A stretch of 39,012 nt of DNA. It comes from a virus. The DNA is taken from the IMG/VR virus record IMGVR_UViG_3300043957_000063, positions 1-39,012 of that record; one strand, 5' to 3'. This document shows positions 33,101-39,012 of the stretch, piece after piece. Positions within the stretch are counted from its first letter, which is position 1, and the number at the start of each line of letters is the position of its first letter. Below the pieces are notes generated by a model. That model searched no databases, was not told the DNA's origin, and worked only from the letters and a program-made list of their open reading frames with translations. A program made the translations under genes and the position numbers.

Positions 33101-33680
33101 GACGACGTCGTTACGTCATTTTGATGGTTCTAAAGCTAATGCGTCGCTAAACGCCGATAATTCTGATGTGAAAAATAAGGCCAGTGAGGCAAGAGGGAGT
33201 ATTAAGTCCGTTCCCGAAGAGCATAAGACTAACTTCTTCGCCGAACAAGCCGGTAGCGGCTGGACGAACATCAAGAACTTCTTCGGGAGCTTTGGCAGCA
33301 CGATGAAATCCTACTGGGGGTTGTCGCATGGAGGAGAGGTGCATCGTGCGAATGGCGGTATTGTTCAACGTTTGGCGTCAGGTGGTCCATCGGGGTTTGT
33401 GTCGGGTCCTGGGACTTCAACTTCTGATTCGATCATGACCTGGCTCTCGGATGGAGAATACGTCATCCGCGCTGCAGCCGCGAGAAAGATTGGCCTGCAG
33501 AATCTTAACCGGGCCAACGCCACGGGAAAGCTTTCTGGAGGAACGGTCATATCGTCGCAGCCTGTCGTGAATCAGAATATCAGTATTACGAATAAGGGTG
33601 TGGTGAATCCTTATGTGAATGGGAACATTCTTGGCCGCACGGCAGCCTCCTCTGCCCGTACTTCTTTGATGGGGGTGTGA
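30114..33680 (+). CDS. Tape measure protein (1188 aa)
   Basis: Length, Ala/Ser/Gly-rich helical repeats, internal hydrophobic segments, and position after the G/GT genes. Confidence 0.9.
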   Translation: MTGAAGAEVGSGHVSIFPVMTGFRSMVSKEIQASGKEGGSIFSRAFQGVGSKAGSSLGKDMKSAFNGSAGDLASPALKKMQSEVASAARAMSAARLKQQDAAGKVRVAEAQLAAAIAKNGAESVQAVAASERLASAKRREQSTSEALTAAEGRLKDAKKAVSDVKQATIEAPKTGVFTNAIQRIRSSVQGLNRENVDAVSSKLSGFGVKWGVVAGVAGAATQRIMGLFSGMISGAMDASDSTQKFKNTLNFAGIDTETIGKLVDQTQVYADRTVYNLGDIRSATAQLASNGVKDYANLVEAAGNLNAVAGGNADTFKSVTMVLTQTAGAGKLTTENWNQLRDAIPGASGKIQDALKKNKAFTGNFSDALEKGQVSADEFNQALMDLGMTDIAKKAAADSSTFEGAMGNWEAAVEKFGSTFLDTMKPQLTGAINFASDKLGNFTNWFKRTWDSVSGLIEKKDFKGAFKKAFNVDDSTMRRLEESFSGIHEGLNTIGDALSPLKSKVTGAGSSFPTLNRGLNGFAQALDTVQPVLPAIAKLLDLFGELPTGVQSAVLGFALFGRQASMVLSPIGMVVKASAGLVKGIGSVGSAIGGLVSGRLSKSSSITSIAESLEDAGSNASGAAPKISNAAKSVETLDTKAAGAVKKTGGLSSALGGISPASVAFGAAALGVTAYTATMSDQMQKTQNMVDDFSAAMKEGADSVSSFWSKMQSGQSGDLGIIDKLSSLGKDSNLSSLVKDTGTSWSTVKDAITGTGDAMSQLDKAAGSGITFNGTYKAKMQSLRDVVNDLKGSYQDTIKEMIEYSQTQNAINNGTSAVQSAFSQLSTTLKANGDDLANNGQLTAASQQAVSSATDALWQNVQAQLEYGKTSGDMSTAIQGAKNSVQQMRDSLIATLEQQGMSSQAAAQYADSLGLIPANVNTTFTENSTLTKGEVEAYLNTLGLTPAQKSTVMNALTNQANGDINNLHLNMNSLPGKVQTLLTADNTDAQKKTAEATTSLRHFDGSKANASLNADNSDVKNKASEARGSIKSVPEEHKTNFFAEQAGSGWTNIKNFFGSFGSTMKSYWGLSHGGEVHRANGGIVQRLASGGPSGFVSGPGTSTSDSIMTWLSDGEYVIRAAAARKIGLQNLNRANATGKLSGGTVISSQPVVNQNISITNKGVVNPYVNGNILGRTAASSARTSLMGV

Positions 33681-34552
33681 GGATGATTGATGCTCATGCG
33701 TTTCTCTATTTCGGAGATAACGAGAATATCCAATTTCATTCCGGAAGGTACAAGCCCGTAGGTGGTGCTCTGATGCTGTCCAAGGAAGGCATCGAGGGTT
33801 GGTGGGGTGCTCCTGATTTGAAGGTTGATGTGACGGAGCGTGCGTCGGGTAATGGTGCGCATGATGTGGCGGCGGATTCGATACTCTATGCGACGCGTAC
33901 GGTGACGGTGCATTTCGATGCGATTGGTGACGTGCATGGTGAGGTGTTGGATGCGATCACGAGAGTGTCACAGGCGAACGGGATGCCGGTGAGGTTGCGT
34001 GTGGTGGATGACCGGTCGGATACGTTCGTGTCGGGATATGTTCGTCCCGAGTTCGGGTCCGGCTGGAACGAACGCCATCAGACTGGCACGCTTACCATTA
34101 TCTGTCCGCGTCCTGAGCGTCTGGCTTGGTCGCCGTTGCAAACACAATTATTCCCTGTGTCGGTTATGCAGGGTGGGTTGCAGTACAACTCTGGCAAGGG
34201 TTTGAAGTATCCGCTTTCCTATGGTACTGCTGGCTCCGCGTCGAACGTGGCGTTGTTGCTGAATCAGGGCAGTTCGAAAGCGTTTCCGGTGCTCACGGTG
34301 ACCGGAAGCTTCCCGAACGGGGTGCAGATCCAGTGGGGTGGTAACGCGCTGCAGTATGACGGCGCGATCGGTGCTGTGCCGCTTATCTTGGATTCGCGCT
34401 CGCAGACGGCTTCAATGGGTGGCGTGGACGTGAGCCGTAACCTGTCGCGTCGTGATTTCCCTGTGGTGCCAGCAAATGGTTCGGTGTCGCTCAGGCTCAT
34501 GAGTGCGGGTACCGGCTGGGTGACGGCAGTGTGCCGTGACACCTACATCTAA
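33677..34552 (+). CDS. Distal tail protein (Dit-like)
   Basis: Position directly after the tape measure gene, and size. Confidence 0.6.
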   Translation: MRMIDAHAFLYFGDNENIQFHSGRYKPVGGALMLSKEGIEGWWGAPDLKVDVTERASGNGAHDVAADSILYATRTVTVHFDAIGDVHGEVLDAITRVSQANGMPVRLRVVDDRSDTFVSGYVRPEFGSGWNERHQTGTLTIICPRPERLAWSPLQTQLFPVSVMQGGLQYNSGKGLKYPLSYGTAGSASNVALLLNQGSSKAFPVLTVTGSFPNGVQIQWGGNALQYDGAIGAVPLILDSRSQTASMGGVDVSRNLSRRDFPVVPANGSVSLRLMSAGTGWVTAVCRDTYI

Positions 34553-34575
34553 ATATCTCTTTTCAAACATTCATT

Positions 34576-34604
34576 GCCTCGCCTCGTGCGGGGCTTTTAT
34601 TTTG
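34576..34604 (+). terminator. Terminator-like hairpin inside the tail operon
   Basis: 7-bp stem gcctcgc / gcggggc with loop ctcgt, followed by ttttatttt. Confidence 0.55.
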
Positions 34605-34612
34605 GAGGCTCT

Positions 34613-35485
34613 ATGACAACCGCACTCGGGGTTGATGTTGACACTAATGGCAAGGGTTTGGACCCGTTGACGCACCGCCAGATCATCAAACGGCACTGGA
34701 ACAACACGGGCATCATGGGCGGATTGACGGTTTCCGGACGTTCCGACCTGTACTATGCCGTGTCGGCCGGAACGGCGGTGTGCAGCATGGGTGATGCGGA
34801 CGGCTACACTGAGGCGTACTGGCCCGGTGGCAATACTGAGAACGCGGTGAGTGCGGGGGATGGCACGTATCCGCGCATCGACGTGGTGTACATGCTCGCC
34901 AACACGGGCACGCCCGACAACCTGGTGCACGTCATGGTCAAGCAGGGCACGCCCGCCGCGAGCCCCGCCATACCCGGCCTGCCGGCGGGCGGACTCGCGT
35001 TGGCGATGTTCCTCATGCCAGCGGGCGGCGGCACCACGGGCGCGGCGGCACGCTACGGGGACGTCAACTACGCGATCCCCTACGGCGTGGGCCTCGACCG
35101 TATCGGCTACCAGGCGAACACGGGTTCGCAGACGCAGGATTGGCGGCCGAACCTTTGGTGGGGGCAGGCGGCGTGCACGACCCAACACCTTCCCATGGAC
35201 CGCAGTGTGACGGTCCGGTTCGTGTACCGTGCGTCGAGCGCCGATGAGGTGCTTTCGAGTTTCTACGCGCGATTGAAGGTCGATGGGCAGGTGATGACCG
35301 ACGGTCTGGACGAATGCCCCGTGTTCCCCGTGTGGGCGCGCCAGCAGGTGTCGTTCCCCATCGTCCTGTCGGGCGGTCGGACGCACAGCGTCGATGTGGA
35401 GGTGTGCCCGAACACGAACCGCAAGGCGTTCACGTGGCGTGGACTTCGGTATGTCGAGGTCGTAGATGGCAGCGTGGCGAAGTGA
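34613..35485 (+). CDS. Minor tail protein (290 aa), function unknown
   Basis: Start at MTTALGV after GGAGG. The protein is Gly/Ala-rich. The ORF-track start at 34574 would include the hairpin. Confidence 0.55.
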   Translation: MTTALGVDVDTNGKGLDPLTHRQIIKRHWNNTGIMGGLTVSGRSDLYYAVSAGTAVCSMGDADGYTEAYWPGGNTENAVSAGDGTYPRIDVVYMLANTGTPDNLVHVMVKQGTPAASPAIPGLPAGGLALAMFLMPAGGGTTGAAARYGDVNYAIPYGVGLDRIGYQANTGSQTQDWRPNLWWGQAACTTQHLPMDRSVTVRFVYRASSADEVLSSFYARLKVDGQVMTDGLDECPVFPVWARQQVSFPIVLSGGRTHSVDVEVCPNTNRKAFTWRGLRYVEVVDGSVAK

Positions 35486-36720
35486 CGTGGGCGCATTGGC
35501 TCACGGACGCGCGCACCGGCAGGATCATCGCGCCCATCGACATCCCATCGTTCTCCTGGCAGATGAGCGTGTCGGATTTCGGGTTCACGACCACGGCGAA
35601 GAATCTGGGTGAGGCCGATGCGTCGAACCTGACGCTGCCGTGGAGCCAGTTCGACGAGTTCGACGACGCGGGAGTGCTGACGCATCGGGCCACTGCCGCC
35701 GAACTGAACCACATGCTCGGCATGGGGAGGCGTGCGCTGTGCTCCTCATGGGTGTATGAGGGTGTGGCCGACCGTCGTGGTACGCCGATCCTGTGGGGCG
35801 CGTTGGGCGAGCGGGAGGACTCGTGGCTCGATACCACGTTCCCGGTGTATTCGCCCATGACGCTCATGGGATCGCGCTACGCGATCCGTGACGGGGCGTT
35901 CCAGGATGGCAGGAGCACCGATACCGTGAGCTGGACGGGGCTGTCCCTGCGTGGGTTGGCATCCAACCTGATCGACCTGGCGGTCAACGGCAAGAACGGC
36001 GGCACGCTCCCGTTCGACTGCACGTATGTGAACGAGCCGGGCAACCACCAGCGCACGGACTACAAGGCTTGGAACGTGCAGAACCTCGACGTGAAATCCC
36101 TGCTCACGAACATCGCGAACGTGCAGGGCGGCCCGGACATGACGTTCCGCCCGTACTGGTCGGATGACCGGCACGCGCGTTGCCGGTTCCTGGCAGGGTC
36201 GGACGCGGATGTCTACCTCGATATGGATCACGCGCCCCTCGCCCTGAACAGTTTTCCCGGTGGCGGCTCGCTGGAGGGGCTGAAAGTCTCCTACGCGCTG
36301 CCATGCCAACGCGTGTACGGGACGGGTGCGGGAACCGACGAGAGCGTGGTCACCGCGATCGCGGAGGACCTCTCCCAGGTGACCGGGTCGATGGACCCGC
36401 CGATCCTGCGCGAGACGGCGTACTCGGACACCGATGCCGCGACCGTGGAGAACCTGAAACCCAAGGTGCTGTCGATCCTGAACGCCGACAAGCGCACCGT
36501 GATGCAGCTGACCGGCAGCATCGACGTGAACGACACCGACACGGCGGGCAGGCCCATGCACCCGTTGGGCTCGTTCTGGCCGGGACAGTCCTGCGAGGTG
36601 AGTGTGACCGGGCATCGCACGCTGCCGGACGGCACCTATTCGACCAGACTCATGGAGATGAGCGGGGACCAGTCCAGCAAGGTCTCATTGAAATTCGATG
36701 TCATGAACGCACCATTCTAA
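35482..36720 (+). CDS. Minor tail protein (Tal-like baseplate or tail-tip component), GTG start
   Basis: GTGA overlap with the upstream stop. The N-terminus is VTWAHWLTDARTGRIIAPIDIPSFSWQMSVSDFG. The ORF-track start at 35314 overlaps the previous gene. Confidence 0.55.
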   Translation: MTWAHWLTDARTGRIIAPIDIPSFSWQMSVSDFGFTTTAKNLGEADASNLTLPWSQFDEFDDAGVLTHRATAAELNHMLGMGRRALCSSWVYEGVADRRGTPILWGALGEREDSWLDTTFPVYSPMTLMGSRYAIRDGAFQDGRSTDTVSWTGLSLRGLASNLIDLAVNGKNGGTLPFDCTYVNEPGNHQRTDYKAWNVQNLDVKSLLTNIANVQGGPDMTFRPYWSDDRHARCRFLAGSDADVYLDMDHAPLALNSFPGGGSLEGLKVSYALPCQRVYGTGAGTDESVVTAIAEDLSQVTGSMDPPILRETAYSDTDAATVENLKPKVLSILNADKRTVMQLTGSIDVNDTDTAGRPMHPLGSFWPGQSCEVSVTGHRTLPDGTYSTRLMEMSGDQSSKVSLKFDVMNAPF

Positions 36721-36730
36721 GGAGCATGTT

Positions 36731-38788
36731 TTGGCTTTTCACCCGGATATCACACGCAGGGACGATGTGTCGGTGGCGTTGGATGCGGCGAACGCCGCGG
36801 TCAGGCTCGCCTCCCGTCAGATGACCGGCAACGCCGGCAGTGTAACCATACCCAACGCCGACGGCACCAAGACCGTGATGGGCGTGGACGCCGGGGATGC
36901 CGGTGTAGCGCCCTGGGTGGGGGACACCACCGCGCCGGGAACCCCGACAGGCGTCAGCGCACAGAGCGGCAGCGGCATGATCGTCGTCTCCTGGGACGGG
37001 ACTCTCGATGGTGGGGTCCCACCGGATTTTCACCATGTCGCACTGTTGGTCGATGGCGTCGAATCGGGCAGGCTCGCCGCGAAGGGCAGCGTCGTGTTCG
37101 GCCCATACGACAGCGGTGCCACTCATCTGGTGAGTGCCGTCGCCTATGATGACGCTCACGGTGAGGACGGGTCGAGCAGGCCCAACGCGTCGGCTCCATC
37201 GGATTCGATCACGGTTAAGGTCGCCGGTTCGGACATCGACCCCGACAGGCTCGGCATAGCCATCACGAAAGCCATCACAGACCCTTCCGGGAACGGCGTG
37301 AACAATGGCGACCTGTGGCTCAAGTACGACCGCGACCCGGATTCCAGCGGAGCAGCCCTCGTGGGCGAATGGTGGTGGGACGAGCGTGCGTGGGTTGAGA
37401 TACCGGTAAACATCTATCTCGACCAACTGGCCTCTAGGGGGATAAACGCCGACAGCGCGGTAATCGGCCTGATTGCGGCTGGCATCATCACAGGCGGCTT
37501 GTTCCAGACTTCAGCAGACAACCCGCGCTCCTATTTTGACACGCAGGGATTCCACACCACCGACGCCGACGGGAACTTGACGTTTAATACCTCGAACGGC
37601 GTGGTGAATATGATCAACGCGATCGCTAAAAACATGACCGTTACCGAACTCAACGCCGTGGGTGGGTCAATGTCGCTGACCCCTGCCGAGACACCATCGT
37701 CAACGACGATCTACAGTCAGACCTTTGAGGACTCAGCGGGTATCGAGGGCTGGCGTTCAGTGGGCGAGGCGCAGTTTACGATTTCCACGGAACAACACCA
37801 TTCGGGGAGCTCGTCACTGAAGGTGCCATCGTCGGCAATATGGGCGTCCCTGTCCCTGAGGGACGTCATACCTGCCGATCGTCTCCTGCCGGGAGCCACC
37901 TATACGTTCGATTACTGGGTATATTTCCCCACCCCATCAACCACCAGCATCGACACGTTCAACTGGGCCGACGGCATCGGGGCCAGCGACCTCAACCCCA
38001 GCCGGACGGTAGGGTGGAATCACGTAACCTACACGGCCAAGATCCCCTATGGCAAGGCGATGGGAACATCAAGCATCTTCCCCTATATGCTGGTCAACCC
38101 GCCTTTCGATTCGAGCACCCAGAAGATCCTTGACTGCTATATCGACGATTTGACCATCACTCGCACGCCGTTCGGCGCGGGCGCATACTTCGGCCTCAAC
38201 GACAATGGGTATCCGGCCCTGGAAATGTACGGGGACGATGGCGACACCCTCATAAGCATCAAAGCCTCGGATAGCGGCAGCACCGGTGGCAAGGTGGTGT
38301 TCGCCACGAAAAACGGCGTGTTCCTTGGTACCGAGGCGCAACAGCCTCAGATAAACATCACGGACGAAACGGTGGGGATTTCCTCGTCCAACCGGGTTGA
38401 CATCACCGCCGTCAATGATGGCGTGTATATCAACAGCAGGAAAATGAGCGACTCGGGATGGGTAGACCTGTCATCCTATCTAGCCAGCGGAGTCAAGGGG
38501 ACCTTTAAGGGTCGAGTGATCGATGGAGTCGCGTATCTGGCACTTCTGTGTCAAGGTTTCAATGTCTCAAGCATGAGTACCGTACAACTCGCCAACGGTA
38601 TTCCATCGTCATGGCTGCCCAAAAACGATTTCCCGACGAACGCCATCATTGGATCATCCGGCTACTTTTCGGGAATAGTGTCGTTGTATCTGGATGGATC
38701 CGATAGAGGAAGTATCAGATTCCAAAATCTAGAAAAAGACAACGCATGGATTTGTCGCAGTACACTCACCCCATATGCACTCGGATAG
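36731..38788 (+). CDS. Tail fibre / receptor-binding protein with an FN3-like region and a CBM-like C-terminal region
   Basis: TTG start 6 nt after AAGGAG. FN3-like segment APGTPTGVSAQSGSGMIVVSWDG. The later segment TIYSQTFEDSAGIEGWRSVGEAQFTISTEQHHSGSSSLKV...YTFDYWVYF resembles carbohydrate-binding modules. Confidence 0.7.
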   Translation: MAFHPDITRRDDVSVALDAANAAVRLASRQMTGNAGSVTIPNADGTKTVMGVDAGDAGVAPWVGDTTAPGTPTGVSAQSGSGMIVVSWDGTLDGGVPPDFHHVALLVDGVESGRLAAKGSVVFGPYDSGATHLVSAVAYDDAHGEDGSSRPNASAPSDSITVKVAGSDIDPDRLGIAITKAITDPSGNGVNNGDLWLKYDRDPDSSGAALVGEWWWDERAWVEIPVNIYLDQLASRGINADSAVIGLIAAGIITGGLFQTSADNPRSYFDTQGFHTTDADGNLTFNTSNGVVNMINAIAKNMTVTELNAVGGSMSLTPAETPSSTTIYSQTFEDSAGIEGWRSVGEAQFTISTEQHHSGSSSLKVPSSAIWASLSLRDVIPADRLLPGATYTFDYWVYFPTPSTTSIDTFNWADGIGASDLNPSRTVGWNHVTYTAKIPYGKAMGTSSIFPYMLVNPPFDSSTQKILDCYIDDLTITRTPFGAGAYFGLNDNGYPALEMYGDDGDTLISIKASDSGSTGGKVVFATKNGVFLGTEAQQPQINITDETVGISSSNRVDITAVNDGVYINSRKMSDSGWVDLSSYLASGVKGTFKGRVIDGVAYLALLCQGFNVSSMSTVQLANGIPSSWLPKNDFPTNAIIGSSGYFSGIVSLYLDGSDRGSIRFQNLEKDNAWICRSTLTPYALG

Positions 38789-38803
38789 GACGGCGGTATA
38801 GCA

Positions 38804-39012
38804 ATGGATTACATCAGCACCACAGCAATCGGCTGGCTGATCACGACTGCACTTGGAGGTCTCGTGGGGTTCCTCGCCTCGTTCATGCGCAAATCCGCTA
38901 ACAGAGACAAAGCCCTCACTCAGGGGATGCGTGTCCTGTTGCGTGCCCGACTGATCGACATCCACGAGAAGTATGTGGAGCACGACGAGCTGTGCCCCGT
39001 GAACGTGAAGGA
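38804..39012 (+). CDS. 5-prime part of the wrap-around lysis-cassette membrane protein (continues at 128..251)
   Basis: ATG at 38804. The reading frame continues through the terminal overlap. Confidence 0.6.
   Translation, partial: MDYISTTAIGWLITTALGGLVGFLASFMRKSANRDKALTQGMRVLLRARLIDIHEKYVEHDELCPVNVK
38886..39012. repeat. Terminal overlap copy 2, identical to 1-127
   Basis: Direct comparison of the two window ends. Confidence 0.95.

Larger units (their letters stand above)
1..39012. mobile_element. Complete temperate siphovirus-type phage genome (HK97-like head module, long non-contractile tail, tyrosine-integrase lysogeny module), circularly closed
   Basis: Recognisable module order lysis - attP/int - switch - replication/recombination - packaging/head - tail. 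The window ends are 127 nt identical. Only a tRNA 3-prime fragment (attP) is present and there are no flanking host genes. Confidence 0.85.

Noticed and set aside
34571-36635. Several long minus-strand and alternative-frame ORFs (271, 289, 214, 149 and 145 aa)
   Set aside because: They lie in the highest-GC part of the tail module, are Arg/His/Gly-rich and lack coupling signals. The plus-strand genes show RBSs and overlapping start and stop codons.
36731-38788. Diversity-generating retroelement or invertase shufflon acting on the tail fibre
   Set aside because: I looked for a reverse transcriptase, a template repeat of the fibre C-terminus, or a Rin/Hin-type invertase with inverted repeats near the fibre, lysis and attP region, and found none.

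Overview
The window is a complete, circularly closed genome of a temperate siphovirus-type phage. Bases 1-127 are identical to 38886-39012, so the unit length is 38885 bp. The host is inferred to be a high-GC Gram-positive bacterium, actinobacterial and possibly Bifidobacterium-like, but this is unproven. All calls come from reading translated ORFs, start and stop context and DNA repeats; no database search was possible.

Gene order on the + strand:
- Lysis cassette (38804 wrapping to 2529): a membrane-anchored protein, a lipoprotein, a GH25/PG-binding/2xLysM endolysin carrying a signal-peptide-like N-terminus, and a 3-TM holin-like protein.
- An A+T-rich moron encoding a P63C-like protein (2851-3768).
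- attP, containing the 3-prime half of a tRNA-Gly(UCC) and flanked by arm-type repeats (4151-4412).
- A tyrosine integrase whose ORF carries an in-frame N-terminal HNH+AP2 homing-endonuclease-like module (4435-6165).
- An A+T-rich accessory island between int and the repressor (6166-7744). It holds a 58-aa ORF translationally coupled to a divergent AtaT/TacT-like GNAT-fold protein, plus a small membrane protein.
- A divergent repressor/cro-like switch with three related palindromic operators (7785-8472).
- Early genes: antirepressor, AAA ATPase, RecT, SSB, resolvase, and a replication initiator with embedded iterons.
- A tRNA-Asn-like gene (18577-18647), a metallophosphoesterase and an HNH endonuclease.
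- terS, then a reverse-strand membrane-protein gene wedged in before terL.
- An HK97-type portal, protease and capsid, followed by connector genes.
- A major tail protein with a -1 frameshift extension encoding an Ig-like (Big_2) domain.
- The G/GT chaperone frameshift, tape measure, distal tail and minor tail proteins, and a tail fibre with a CBM-like C-terminus.

The best candidates for something undescribed are the HNH-AP2::integrase fusion, the int-repressor island (a putative toxin-antitoxin or defence pair), and the antisense gene between terS and terL.
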